64,000 nucleotides of DNA from Candidatus Hermodarchaeota archaeon (GTDB lineage Archaea > Asgardarchaeota > Lokiarchaeia > Sigyniarchaeales > SOKP01). This document shows, piece by piece, positions 20,781-31,284 of this stretch (position 1 is the first letter of the stretch; each line of letters begins with the position of its first letter). The DNA lies in assembly GCA_048885525.1 (NCBI GenBank), contig JBHLLP010000002.1, positions 32,001 to 96,000 of the forward strand, given 5' to 3'. The notes under the pieces are model-generated. The model saw nothing but the letters and a program-made list of their open reading frames with translations. It had not been told where the DNA came from and made no database searches. The position numbers and the translations under genes are program-made.

Positions 20781-21200
20781 TTAACTTATTTGTTTATTAC
20801 AAAATGGACATTTTTTAACGAAACTTGGCAAAATATTTCCACAACTTTGACATTTTTTAATTAAAGGTTTATGAGACCGAATTTCTAAATTTATAGGTCC
20901 AGGTATTCTTGGTAGGGATGTTTTTTCTCTTATCATTCTAGTTCGTTTATTAACTGAAGATTTTCGCTTTCTATCTGGAAACATTTCAGAATATAACGAT
21001 CTTTTAGTTCCTTTAAAGAATAAGCCAAGTCCAACTAGAAATAAGAAGGATAATCCAAAAATTACGATAAAAGGGTTAAAATTTAAACTTATTAAATAAA
21101 AGAATAGGATTAAGAGGACTAAGGAGTATATAACTAAAAGTACAATTCTTTTTTTATTTCTTTTATATGTATATCTATTTTGGATATTTTCGGTTGCCAT
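20781..21200 (-). CDS. Two-TM membrane protein with C-terminal zinc ribbon
   Basis: Two hydrophobic helices, basic linker, CQSC...CPFC. Confidence 0.7.
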   Translation of the reverse strand: MATENIQNRYTYKRNKKRIVLLVIYSLVLLILFFYLISLNFNPFIVIFGLSFLFLVGLGLFFKGTKRSLYSEMFPDRKRKSSVNKRTRMIREKTSLPRIPGPINLEIRSHKPLIKKCQSCGNILPSFVKKCPFCNKQIS

Positions 21201-21238
21201 TTATTATTAACTTACATTTTAAATACTTGGTTGATAAC

Positions 21239-23740
21239 TCATCTATATTTTTTAGAGATATAATTAAACGCCTTATCAATTTCCTCTCTAATAGATTCTG
21301 TTTCTATTTCTTTATCAATTTCCTCAGAAATAATATCTTTTTCAGTTATTGTTCTAAAATTGATGATTGAATAATCACTATCTAAATGGAATGGTATATA
21401 TCCAATTCCTGAACCTTGGAAAAATTTAAAAAAGAACTCATAAAAATGCAATCTGAGCGTATTTAGAAAGACTAATAATCCTTCTAATAAAATAACTACC
21501 AGATTTCCGAAGATTAAACCAACCAAATTTATTATTTCTACTCCAATACCTTCTCCTTGAATTAAATCACCCATAAGATTTATCGCATACAATAAAGCAA
21601 TATGGGCTAATGCTAAAGCTAGTATTCTGAGATAAGAAGCAGCATTACTCATAACAGATAATACCGTGTCAAATGTTTCAAGTGAGCCTTCACCGATTAA
21701 TGAAGTATAAGATTCTTTTTTTAGATATGAAATTCTAATTAATTTTCCAAAAGGTTTCAGAACTAATAATAATAAACCAGGTATTATCACTAATAAAATA
21801 GGATATGGAAAAGCTAACCATCCATAAATATCAAATCCGTATACGAAAATTAAGATCGTTCCTCCTGTTAATAGAAAAATTTTCATTAAAGAATCACTTA
21901 GAGCTAAATACTTTCTATGTTGTTTCCAATAATTCAAAAATTGGATAAGCCAACCTAAATTGATATGGAAAACACCTATAATAATCGCAAAATAAAACAC
22001 AGACAATATGTTACCTAGTGGATTATATAAAGTGATATTGAAAAGAGATAAACTAAAGATTCCTAGAAGATTAAATATATACATTATTAGACTAAAAATT
22101 TCTATGACAACGCCTAGGTTAATAAGAAATTTCGCTCCTCTGTACTTCAATGCAAGATCTAAAACTCCCAAAATAATAATTATTCCACCACCTATAGCAA
22201 TATATCCTAAGATTTGTAGAATTTTCGATATAATTGAAGCTATTGAAATTGGGTTAAGATGCCACAGAACATTTCCAAAAATTTCAATTTCATGGAGTCC
22301 AAAAAACTCCCCATATAAAAAACCAACAAAAAATGAAGCCCATCCACAGAAAAAGATAATCCAAGAAAAATTAACAATATCACCACCTCTTTTTCTAAAA
22401 ACTAAAGCTCCAATTAAACCCGAGATAATAAGAACTAATCCATGACCGATATCTCCAAACATTAATCCAAATAATATTGGAAAAGTTATAGCAATAATCG
22501 GTGTAGGATCAATTTCAGAATATGTAGGTGTACCATACATTTTAGTAAGTGCTTCAAAAGGTTTAATTAAAAAGAAATTCTTCATAATTGTTGGAGTTAT
22601 TTCACGTATATCTTTTTCGTCTTCAACATCTTCTAATTCATCCTCTTCTTCTACAGGTTCTTCATCATATTTTAATTTTTTAATAGATTTTTTCTTTTTT
22701 ATTTCTTCTAAACTATATTTTTCTTTTGTAGCACTTTTTTTTGAAATATAAATTGATTCAATTGTAATATTAGTCTTAAAAGTATTAAATAAATTAGTTT
22801 GAACATGATCTTTTTTGGAAGCAGGCACGAAAAATTTTAGAATTAAGCGATTATTTGACTTTCTTTCAAATTGTCTGTTTGCCCAGTTATATTCTTCAAT
22901 ATTTTGTACAATTTCATTGATTCCAGCGAATTTTATCAGGTTATCTCTACCAATTCGATTAAGTTCCTTATAATATCTTACGAGCATCCTTTCAATAAAA
23001 TTAATTTCTTTATTAATTCTTATATGGTTTATTCCCGATTCTGTAAAATATTTCTGTACGATTGGAACTTCTTCAGAATGAATAAGGCGAATCCTTCCAT
23101 TAAACTCAGTTTCTTTATCTCTAGGATAGATTATATAAAATCCAATCCTTTCTTTAGATACTTCAAAAGTCTGATAAAAGTTAGGAAATACAGCAAAATC
23201 GAAGAGATTATTTAAATTATTAAGATTTTTAGTGAAAGTAGTAAATATTCTAAATCTAAATTGATTGATATCCACAAGTGAATCTTTTTTCATATTCAGT
23301 TTCTCTAAACTTTTATAACAAACTTTTAACATATTCAAATTTTCTAATTCAATAGTTCCTTTAGTAACAAAACTTTGTAATTCGTTTAATCGATTAATAT
23401 AGAAATCTACTTCTTCAAAAAGATGGTTAATTAACTCTGATAAATCATTTGCGGTAAATTGGATTTTTTCAGGTTCATTAATTTTCAATTCTGAGAGAAT
23501 AAACTCATTAATATTAAGCTTTTTTAATAAATTATTTAAATTTTGTCTTAAATCTTTAATTTTATTGGAAATTGGTTCTTGTTCTTCTGATTCTTCTTTA
23601 ATTTTAGGTTTATCTTTAGTTTTTATATGAACTGAGGCTAAATTAGATAATTCAATTAGAAATTGATCTCTATAAAGGGGGCTTATTTCTGTTTTCATCA
23701 GATAAAAGTTATCTTTTTTCACCATAATTATCACTTTCAA
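21239..23740 (-). CDS. atpI: A/V-type ATPase subunit I (a)
   Basis: YGTPTYSEIDPT, FGLMFGDIGHG, SYLRILALALAH, LRLHFYEFF; true start may be the ATG 5 codons in. Confidence 0.92.
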   Translation of the reverse strand: MKVIIMVKKDNFYLMKTEISPLYRDQFLIELSNLASVHIKTKDKPKIKEESEEQEPISNKIKDLRQNLNNLLKKLNINEFILSELKINEPEKIQFTANDLSELINHLFEEVDFYINRLNELQSFVTKGTIELENLNMLKVCYKSLEKLNMKKDSLVDINQFRFRIFTTFTKNLNNLNNLFDFAVFPNFYQTFEVSKERIGFYIIYPRDKETEFNGRIRLIHSEEVPIVQKYFTESGINHIRINKEINFIERMLVRYYKELNRIGRDNLIKFAGINEIVQNIEEYNWANRQFERKSNNRLILKFFVPASKKDHVQTNLFNTFKTNITIESIYISKKSATKEKYSLEEIKKKKSIKKLKYDEEPVEEEDELEDVEDEKDIREITPTIMKNFFLIKPFEALTKMYGTPTYSEIDPTPIIAITFPILFGLMFGDIGHGLVLIISGLIGALVFRKRGGDIVNFSWIIFFCGWASFFVGFLYGEFFGLHEIEIFGNVLWHLNPISIASIISKILQILGYIAIGGGIIIILGVLDLALKYRGAKFLINLGVVIEIFSLIMYIFNLLGIFSLSLFNITLYNPLGNILSVFYFAIIIGVFHINLGWLIQFLNYWKQHRKYLALSDSLMKIFLLTGGTILIFVYGFDIYGWLAFPYPILLVIIPGLLLLVLKPFGKLIRISYLKKESYTSLIGEGSLETFDTVLSVMSNAASYLRILALALAHIALLYAINLMGDLIQGEGIGVEIINLVGLIFGNLVVILLEGLLVFLNTLRLHFYEFFFKFFQGSGIGYIPFHLDSDYSIINFRTITEKDIISEEIDKEIETESIREEIDKAFNYISKKYR

Positions 23741-23749
23741 TTTATTTTT

Positions 23750-24385
23750 TTATTTTTCAATAATTAGATCTTTAGTTTTTTTTAATCTGACATAATTTTC
23801 TCTGTCAACTTCCTCTAATATATCTTTTATTAGTTTTATATTAGATTGTAATTGAGGAATTATGATGTTTTTTAAACCATTTATCCTACGATTGATTTTC
23901 TTAAAGTTTATTGCTTGCTTTAAAAGTAAATCTTCAATTTCAGAAAATTCAATTATCTTATTAAAAAATGATTTTAAAGATTTAATTAAATCATCTAAAT
24001 AATGACTCGTATTGTCAAATGTATAAGCAGGTAATTTTTCTTCTTGAATTAGTTCATATGAAATTTGGGGATTAGTAATTCCTACTACTTTTTTGTAAAA
24101 AATCTCAATTGTAGGTTTGTATTGAATTCTACTTAAATTACTTATCAAAAATAATTCATTTTTACCCATCTCTTCATAAGTAAGATTTAATAATTTCATT
24201 GATTCTTTAAAAAGGGTGAGAAATTCTTTTCTAGATTTATTATAATCTTTCCATATAGAACGAAGTAAAATAATTAATTGTTCTCTTCTTAATTCTAAAA
24301 AATTTTCTCCTTTTTGAGCAAAATTTAATCTCTTACGTAAATTTATTAAGTTCGTTTTACTGGGTTTTATCTCTCTAAAACTTAT
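23750..24385 (-). CDS. atpD: A/V-type ATPase subunit D, probable ATA start
   Basis: RRINGL.NIIIP and LEE.DREN..RLKK; conserved N-terminus IKPSKTNL..L..RL..A..G...L..RRE lies upstream of the track start and begins at ATA 24385 (211 aa). Confidence 0.88.
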   Translation of the reverse strand: MSFREIKPSKTNLINLRKRLNFAQKGENFLELRREQLIILLRSIWKDYNKSRKEFLTLFKESMKLLNLTYEEMGKNELFLISNLSRIQYKPTIEIFYKKVVGITNPQISYELIQEEKLPAYTFDNTSHYLDDLIKSLKSFFNKIIEFSEIEDLLLKQAINFKKINRRINGLKNIIIPQLQSNIKLIKDILEEVDRENYVRLKKTKDLIIEK

Positions 24386-24388
24386 TCT

Positions 24389-25780
24389 TTACACCTTTCC
24401 AGAATAATATTTATCAATAAATTTTTGATGAATTCGAAGTAATTGATTTTCAGTTAAATTACCTAATACATCCCAAGCGATATTAAGAGTATGTTCGAAA
24501 TTACGGTTCTCATCTGGTTGTTGATTTAAAAATGTTTGTTCAAATTCTTTCCCGTATTTCAACAAATTATTCTGTTCATAGTTTAACCCATCTTCTCCGA
24601 CAATTGAAATAAGGTCTTTAACTTCTAAATAATTTGAATAAGATGCTAATAATTGAGAGGATGTGTCTGCATGATCCTCTCTTGTTTTTTCACTACCAAT
24701 AGCATCCTTCATTAAACGTGATATTGAAGCTAAAACTTCAAAAGGAGGGTAGATACCTTTTTGGTGCAAACTTCGACTTAAAACTAATTGCCCTTCAGTG
24801 ATGTATCCTGTTGTATCTGGAATAGGATGAGATATATCATCATTAGGCATAGTTAAAATAGGTATTTGAGTAATTGAACCCTTTTTACCTTTAATTTTTC
24901 CTGTTCTTTCATAAATAGATGCAAAATCTGAATAGATGTATCCTGGATATCCTTTTCTGCTAGGAATTTCTTCCTTTGCTGAACTAAGTTCTCTTAACGC
25001 CTCAGCATAGTTCGTTATGTCTATTAGAATAACAAGAACATGCATGTCTTTTTCAAAAGCAAAGTATTCTGCAGTAGTCAAAGCTACTCTAGGTATAATT
25101 AACCTTTCAATTATTGGATCATCTGCAAAATTTATGAATGAAATTATATTTTGGATTGTACCCCGTTCTTGAAATTTATTTAAAAAATAAATTGCTTCAT
25201 CTTGAATAATCCCAATTCCACAAAATATAATTACAAAAGGTTCTTCTGAAGTAACTTTTGCCTGAGTTGCTATTTGAGCAGCTAACTTATTGTGTGGTAA
25301 TCCTTGTGCGCTAAAGATTGGAAGTTTTTGGCCTCTAATTAAAGTAAATAACCCATCTATAACAGATACTCCTGTTTGTATAACATCGACAGGATATTCT
25401 CTCGCATATGGATTAATTGGAAGGCCATTTATATCTCTTTGAATATCAGTTAGAACCTCAGATTCTGAAATCATTTTAGTTTTTATGTCTATGGGTTTAC
25501 CTAGTGAATTAAAAGTCTGCCCAAACATATCTTTAGAAATGTTTACTTTAAAAACATCTTCCGTAAATATTATCTCAGCATTTTCAGATGACAATCCAGA
25601 AGTATCTTCAAAAACTTCCACAACTATTACGTCCTCATTCAATTTTACTATCTGACCCGTACGAGTTTTGCCATCATCTGTGTTAATTTTAACAATCTCA
25701 CCATATTGAGCATCATGTTCGTTTTTAAGAAATACTAATGGACCTATTATTTGGTGAATTTTTCTATAAATTACACTCAT
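24389..25780 (-). CDS. atpB: A/V-type ATPase subunit B
   Basis: RGQKLPIFS..GLPHN, DITNYAEALRE, PDTTGYITEGQ, SISRLMK. Confidence 0.95.
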   Translation of the reverse strand: MSVIYRKIHQIIGPLVFLKNEHDAQYGEIVKINTDDGKTRTGQIVKLNEDVIVVEVFEDTSGLSSENAEIIFTEDVFKVNISKDMFGQTFNSLGKPIDIKTKMISESEVLTDIQRDINGLPINPYAREYPVDVIQTGVSVIDGLFTLIRGQKLPIFSAQGLPHNKLAAQIATQAKVTSEEPFVIIFCGIGIIQDEAIYFLNKFQERGTIQNIISFINFADDPIIERLIIPRVALTTAEYFAFEKDMHVLVILIDITNYAEALRELSSAKEEIPSRKGYPGYIYSDFASIYERTGKIKGKKGSITQIPILTMPNDDISHPIPDTTGYITEGQLVLSRSLHQKGIYPPFEVLASISRLMKDAIGSEKTREDHADTSSQLLASYSNYLEVKDLISIVGEDGLNYEQNNLLKYGKEFEQTFLNQQPDENRNFEHTLNIAWDVLGNLTENQLLRIHQKFIDKYYSGKV

Positions 25781-25782
25781 TC

Positions 25783-27621
25783 TTATTTAAATACCCCATG
25801 GGTTAATTTTAAAGATTCTATTTCATTCAGTAAATTACTTTTTAAATTGTCAATTTTGTCGAAATTTTCGTTCTCAATTGTACGATTAATTCTTAAAATG
25901 TCACGTATCACTTTTAGTTCTTTAATTTCTTCTATAAAAAATCCTTTTTCTAACAGTTCTTCGCCTTCTTTATATAATAATAGAATAATTTTAATCATTC
26001 CTAAAAGTTTTTTCGCGTTTGTAAAGTTATCAATATTATCGAAAGCATTTTGGATTAAAAACCCATCTTTGATTAACTTAGCAATAAATATAATTAATCG
26101 TTGATCTTCTGGGAGATTTTCCTCTCCGATAAGTTGTACAATATATCTTAACTCATTATCTTTTGAGAGAATCTCATTTACTTGTTGACGACAATCATGC
26201 CAATCTATATCAATTTCTGTCCAATCTATATCTCTTTCATACCACCATTCGGAAATATAATCTGGATAATTAGAATAAGAATTTAGCCAATTAATTGCAG
26301 GATAGTGCTTTGAATATGCTAACGCAGCATCTAAAGCCCAGATACCTTGTACAAAATTTTTAGTCGTAGCTGTAACTGGTTCACTAAAATCTCCTGCTGG
26401 AGGTGAAATAGAACCTATAATAGTTAAAGATCCTACTTTTTCTTCTTTAGTTTCTTTTTTTCCAATTAATTTAACAGCTCCAGCCCGTTCATAAAAACTT
26501 GAAAGTTTTGAAGGTAAATATGCAGGATAACCTTCTTCTGCAGGCATTTCTTCTAATAATCCAGAGATTTCTCTTAAGGATTCTGCCCATCTTGATGTGC
26601 TATCTGCAAGAACTGCAACGTCATACCCCATATCTCGATAGTATTCAGCAATCGTTACACCAGAGAAGATGCTAGCTTCACGTGCTGAAACTGGCATGTT
26701 TGAAGTGTTAGCAATCAAAATTATTCGATCTAATAGAGGTTGACCAGATTTAGGATCAATTAATTCAGAAAATTGTTTTAAAACATCGGCTATCTCGTTA
26801 CCACGTTCGCCACAACCTACAAATACAATTACATCGGCATCACACCATTTTGCTAATGATTGTTGAATGACTGTTTTACCGGTCCCGAAACCTCCAGGAA
26901 CTCCAATTGTACCACCTTTAGTAATGGGAAATAATAAATCTATTACTCTTATCCCTGTGATTAAAGGTTCATTAGGTAATTTTCTCTCTTTAAAGGGACG
27001 TGAAATAGTTATTGGCCATTTTTGTAGCATTGAAAAACTTTTTTCTGTATCCCCAATTTGCAATTTATAGATTTTATCAATAATTGTAAAGTCTCCTTCA
27101 TCTGCTAGGAAAGTTAATTTTCCTGAAGTATTAGGAGGTATCATTATTTTGTGTTGTATAATTGGAGTTTCTTGGACTGTACCAATAATATCACCACCAC
27201 TTACATATTTATCAATATTATCATTAGGTAAAAAATGCCATTTCTTTGAACGTGAAAGGGAGGGGATTTCTAATCCTCTATGTAATCCTCCACTTTTAAA
27301 AAAATCGAAAGCTTCTTGTAAAGGTCTTTGAATTCCATCAAAGAAATTCCTCAGTAATCCAGGTGCTAATTCCATAGAAAGAGGTTCTCTCAAATTAACA
27401 ACTTCTTCATTGATTCGTAAATTATTAGTATCCTCAAAGCATTGACAAACTACATGATCAGAATATATTTGAATAACTTCTCCTAAAATGTTATGTTTAG
27501 ATATTTTAACAAGATCATGAATTCGAATCTGGGTTTCTAGTCCTTTAACTTTAATCAATGAGCCAATTACAGCTGAGATATACCCAACTTTAAAATTGGT
27601 TTCAGAATTGGATTTGTTCAT
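25783..27621 (-). CDS. atpA: A/V-type ATPase subunit A (canonical copy)
   Basis: GGFGTGKT, GCGERGNE, ADSTSRWAE, SPPAGDFSEPV. Confidence 0.95.
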   Translation of the reverse strand: MNKSNSETNFKVGYISAVIGSLIKVKGLETQIRIHDLVKISKHNILGEVIQIYSDHVVCQCFEDTNNLRINEEVVNLREPLSMELAPGLLRNFFDGIQRPLQEAFDFFKSGGLHRGLEIPSLSRSKKWHFLPNDNIDKYVSGGDIIGTVQETPIIQHKIMIPPNTSGKLTFLADEGDFTIIDKIYKLQIGDTEKSFSMLQKWPITISRPFKERKLPNEPLITGIRVIDLLFPITKGGTIGVPGGFGTGKTVIQQSLAKWCDADVIVFVGCGERGNEIADVLKQFSELIDPKSGQPLLDRIILIANTSNMPVSAREASIFSGVTIAEYYRDMGYDVAVLADSTSRWAESLREISGLLEEMPAEEGYPAYLPSKLSSFYERAGAVKLIGKKETKEEKVGSLTIIGSISPPAGDFSEPVTATTKNFVQGIWALDAALAYSKHYPAINWLNSYSNYPDYISEWWYERDIDWTEIDIDWHDCRQQVNEILSKDNELRYIVQLIGEENLPEDQRLIIFIAKLIKDGFLIQNAFDNIDNFTNAKKLLGMIKIILLLYKEGEELLEKGFFIEEIKELKVIRDILRINRTIENENFDKIDNLKSNLLNEIESLKLTHGVFK

Positions 27622-28330
27622 AATACTTTAAGTATTCTGTTATTTTTCCCCTCTGTTTATTGATAAATTTTTCATATTCTTTTTCAATTTCTTTAATTTC
27701 TGAATCATCTATAATTTTAGTAACTTTGTTTTGGATAAATGGTGATGCCTTATCTATCAAATTATTAATAGTGTAATCATACGAGATAATCCCTCCTATA
27801 AGTGATATTTTGAAACCTCCTATAAAATCACGTAGATCTTTGTTAATTTCAACAGGATCTTTAAATAAATTTCCAATTTTATCAAAATTTTTGATAAAAT
27901 AATTATAGTCTTTTGAATTAAATAAAATTTCTATGGAATGAGCTTTATCCATGGTATTTTTAACTTCTTCAATAGATTTTAATAAGTAATCAATATATCC
28001 TGAATAATTTTTCTTAATTTTGTTTTCAATAAGAATAAATAAGCTTTTTTTTAACTCCTGAATTAGATTATTCTTTAATCCAAGAAATTTATTTTTTCCT
28101 TCTAAAAGTGTTGATGATAAGGATTGATTTAGAAACTGCTCATAAGTTTCTATAAGATGACTTTTTAATCTTTGAGATCTTTCATTACTTCTTTCTAAAA
28201 ACCTTTTCATAATTTCAGCTTTTTGAAATAAGGTTTTTTGACTTAATTCTTTTATCTCTCTTTGAGCCTTCTCGATAAAGTAATACCCTAATTGACTAAA
28301 TTGTTTCTTTAATTCTTTTTCTTCTGAAAT
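27602..28330 (-). CDS. atpE: A/V-type ATPase subunit E, probable ATT start
   Basis: Position between F and A, FIGGF motif, helical N-half; frame open 40 codons upstream of the track ATG to ATT 28330, 1 nt after the atpF stop. Confidence 0.75.
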   Translation of the reverse strand: MSEEKELKKQFSQLGYYFIEKAQREIKELSQKTLFQKAEIMKRFLERSNERSQRLKSHLIETYEQFLNQSLSSTLLEGKNKFLGLKNNLIQELKKSLFILIENKIKKNYSGYIDYLLKSIEEVKNTMDKAHSIEILFNSKDYNYFIKNFDKIGNLFKDPVEINKDLRDFIGGFKISLIGGIISYDYTINNLIDKASPFIQNKVTKIIDDSEIKEIEKEYEKFINKQRGKITEYLKYYEQIQF

Positions 28331-28331
28331 T

Positions 28332-28667
28332 TTAACTCAACTCATTTTTAAAAACAATATCACCTAAAGCATCTTGAATCTTATTAAAGATAATGTCTCC
28401 TTTCTCAATGTTAGTTTCAAAAATATCTGGTAAAATAAATACAAAGGGCTTTTTATTAGCTTTTTTAAAATCCAATAAAAAGTCAATTATATCATCTCGC
28501 AATGGTATAGATACAAGCAATATACCAATTGATTCTATTTTTATTAAATCTAAGAATTTTTGTAAAAATTCCTCCTCATTTCTAACAACAGTACCTTCTA
28601 TTCCTAAAAGTCCTAATAATATTACTATTTCATCCTCTCCTATGATATGAATTTTTTGAACTTCCAT
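28332..28667 (-). CDS. atpF: A/V-type ATPase subunit F
   Basis: IHIIGEDE...LLGLLGI, IGILLV, ILPD, IQDALG; operon position. Confidence 0.85.
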   Translation of the reverse strand: MEVQKIHIIGEDEIVILLGLLGIEGTVVRNEEEFLQKFLDLIKIESIGILLVSIPLRDDIIDFLLDFKKANKKPFVFILPDIFETNIEKGDIIFNKIQDALGDIVFKNELS

Positions 28668-28978
28668 TAAAAATCAAGTCCTACTTTTTCTATAATTAGT
28701 TTTTGTAAATTTCCTGAATTTTTTTTAAAATCGATTTCAATTTTTTTAAGTGCATTATCCAAATTTTTTTCATAAACATTAGTTTCTTTGTCTATATCAA
28801 CAGTTAGATTTCCTATGGCCGTCTGTACAAGTACATTTATTTTGGTCAGATATTCTTCAAATTTTTGGTTTTGTTTTTCTCTAAATTCTTCGATCTCTTT
28901 CAAGTTGAGGCTTTTAGCGTCACTTATTAAATTATCATAAACTTTTTCAATATCCTTTACCCATTCAAAAATATCCAT
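28667..28978 (-). CDS. A/V-type ATPase peripheral stalk subunit H/G
   Basis: 103-aa helical charged protein (VKDIEK...ISDAK) inside the ATPase operon. Confidence 0.6.
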   Translation of the reverse strand: MDIFEWVKDIEKVYDNLISDAKSLNLKEIEEFREKQNQKFEEYLTKINVLVQTAIGNLTVDIDKETNVYEKNLDNALKKIEIDFKKNSGNLQKLIIEKVGLDF

Positions 28979-29026
28979 TAATCATCCCGTTTCTTACTCT
29001 TTTTCTTATTCTTTATAATAATGTTA

Positions 29027-30088
29027 TTACAGGATTTTATATTTTTCATTGATAATACTAACTAATTTTGGTAAAATGTATAAACGTATTTCTTTATCTT
29101 TTTTGATTAATATTTCTATAATCTTAAAAATTGTTAGATAATCAATGTCTCCGGTTCTAATCTTAAATTTTCTAAAAAAATAATCTAAATATAAAGTTTC
29201 AACTGACCATATTAAATGATTTTTATCAATTTTAAAATTTGAAAAAAGTGATCTGAGTTCTTTTATTTTACCTAATTTTTGATATAGCACTGAGATAAAA
29301 TCTTCTATATTTGATTGTTCGGTTAAAAATAACAGAATGTTACTGTCAAAGAATAAATATGTGTCAACTAAAAATTGTTGTAACAAATTTCTATCAAAAT
29401 TATTATTAATTCCTCTATAAATTATATTTAAATTATAAATCTCAGAGATATATCTTATATAAAAAGAAATTATTGTTTTTTCTTTTGGTTTTAAATATTT
29501 TATCTCATCTATTAAGGTATTGTAAAATAATTGATCTAAAAAAGCTTCAAGAACAAAAATTTCATTAGTTTTTTTAAAATAAAGAATTCCTTCTCTTATT
29601 ACTCTATTATATTTAGTACGTTTCATAAATAATTGAATTTGATCTAAAGAGGATAATTCAATTAGTTCTCTCATGAACTCTGTATTATTTAAGTACTTTT
29701 CAACTAACATATTTACCATTTGCAGTTTTTCTTGAGTACTCATACCTAAAATTGTACCAAGGATGACATGTTTAATATTCATCACTTCATATTTAGACAG
29801 AAAATTCTTCAGAAAATTCTTCATATTTTCCGGAGAATATGATAAAATTTTACCAATTAATTTTATATATGTATGGAAAAGTGCTCTTTCAATATCTTCT
29901 ATTGTATATGTATTAAAACTAAGACCCGGATAATAAACCTTAATATATTCAATAAACTCATTAATATCAGTAATTTCATCTAACTTTTGAAATGTAGATT
30001 CATCCATTATTAGTTGTTTTAAAAAACCAATCTTAATTAAAGTATATGCGTAGTTGGGGACGGTAACACTCGTAAGAAATTCACTCAT
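29027..30088 (-). CDS. atpC: A/V-type ATPase subunit C (d)
   Basis: NYAY, YEVMNIK, LEAFLDQ, EIYNLNIIYRG; size and operon position. Confidence 0.8.
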   Translation of the reverse strand: MSEFLTSVTVPNYAYTLIKIGFLKQLIMDESTFQKLDEITDINEFIEYIKVYYPGLSFNTYTIEDIERALFHTYIKLIGKILSYSPENMKNFLKNFLSKYEVMNIKHVILGTILGMSTQEKLQMVNMLVEKYLNNTEFMRELIELSSLDQIQLFMKRTKYNRVIREGILYFKKTNEIFVLEAFLDQLFYNTLIDEIKYLKPKEKTIISFYIRYISEIYNLNIIYRGINNNFDRNLLQQFLVDTYLFFDSNILLFLTEQSNIEDFISVLYQKLGKIKELRSLFSNFKIDKNHLIWSVETLYLDYFFRKFKIRTGDIDYLTIFKIIEILIKKDKEIRLYILPKLVSIINEKYKIL

Positions 30089-30124
30089 TAAGTAATTTTT
30101 ATATATTAGTTAAAAAAGTTATGT

Positions 30125-30493
30125 TTAAGCTGCTGGTGTTGGGATCTTTGTCCAAAGTAAAATTCCAACAATTAAACCATAAAGTGCTAAGGCTTCACAT
30201 AAAGCTACAACTAAAAAGGCTTTAAAAAATGCTTCTTCTCTCTCTGAAAGAGCTGAAATTGCTGCTGTGCCAACTGTTTTCATAGCCAATGCACTTCCAA
30301 TTACAGAAAGACCAACTGCCAACGAAGCACTTATAGCCATTGCTGCGGCAGTTACTGAATTATAGTAATCAAATGTATCAGGGATTTGTGCTGCAACAAA
30401 AGTAATAATTCCATTTGACGTAAAAATTACTAAGAAAATCAATACTACTTGAAATAACCCTAAACACAAATAAAATTTCTGTTTGCCGTTCAT
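30125..30493 (-). CDS. atpK: A/V-type ATPase proteolipid subunit K (c)
   Basis: Hairpin with ALCEALALYGL ion-carrying Glu, plus extra N-terminal hydrophobic segment. Confidence 0.9.
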   Translation of the reverse strand: MNGKQKFYLCLGLFQVVLIFLVIFTSNGIITFVAAQIPDTFDYYNSVTAAAMAISASLAVGLSVIGSALAMKTVGTAAISALSEREEAFFKAFLVVALCEALALYGLIVGILLWTKIPTPAA

Positions 30494-30648
30494 ATATTTT
30501 ACATCTTAGCTTTAGTTTATATAAATTTCTAATTTAAATGAGAATAATGCAATTTTGCGTATAAATATTCTTATTAATAATAAAAAGAAAGAAGGTTCTA
30601 TTAATGATAAAATAGTGTTGAAGATAGAATTGAAATTATCAATTCTAT

Positions 30649-31284
30649 TTACATATAAAGCAAGACTCGTATTCGGTCAGCAATGTCATGTATCCTATCA
30701 GCTAATTGTTCTAATAAAACAATACTATCTCTTAGCCGCAAGAGTATCCTAATATTCAAATCATCATTTCCATATAAATATTCAAGAAACTGTCTGTATA
30801 TTGCATCAACTTCGTTTTCAATCTCATGGATCTTTGTTGTATTACTAAATACAACATCTGGTTTATCTCTTAAACTTTTTATGGTTGATTTTAATACATT
30901 TGCCATCTCAATAGTCTTATTGATCAATTTCTCATATCTTTTAGTTATCTCTTGGTTTTTTTTAGTATCTATTTTTATCTTAGGCAGCATATCGACGAAC
31001 TCTAAAGGATAGTTGATAACATTATCCATTTGGAGGATTAGAGCCACAAAATCACCTAATCCCGCTCCAGATTCAGAAAAGTTTTGAATTAGTTGGATTT
31101 TTATCCCATCTGCATCTTCTTCAGATAGTTGCATCTTACTTTTTTTCTTTTCAAGTGATGATTTGTGCTTCTCATAATCTTCTACCCATCTGTTATAAAA
31201 AACGCCCATATCACTGAGAACAGAATAAATAATTCGAGAGTGTTCAATAAGCATTGTTATGATTTCTTCCCTAATTTTATTCAT
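30649..31284 (-). CDS. DUF47 / PhoU-like protein
   Basis: EEDAD, EIENEVD, LEQLADR..D.AD repeats. Confidence 0.85.
   Translation of the reverse strand: MNKIREEIITMLIEHSRIIYSVLSDMGVFYNRWVEDYEKHKSSLEKKKSKMQLSEEDADGIKIQLIQNFSESGAGLGDFVALILQMDNVINYPLEFVDMLPKIKIDTKKNQEITKRYEKLINKTIEMANVLKSTIKSLRDKPDVVFSNTTKIHEIENEVDAIYRQFLEYLYGNDDLNIRILLRLRDSIVLLEQLADRIHDIADRIRVLLYM

Noticed and set aside
18933-27621. Two atpA copies as an assembly duplication
   Set aside because: The copies differ throughout at both synonymous and amino-acid level, so they are true paralogs.
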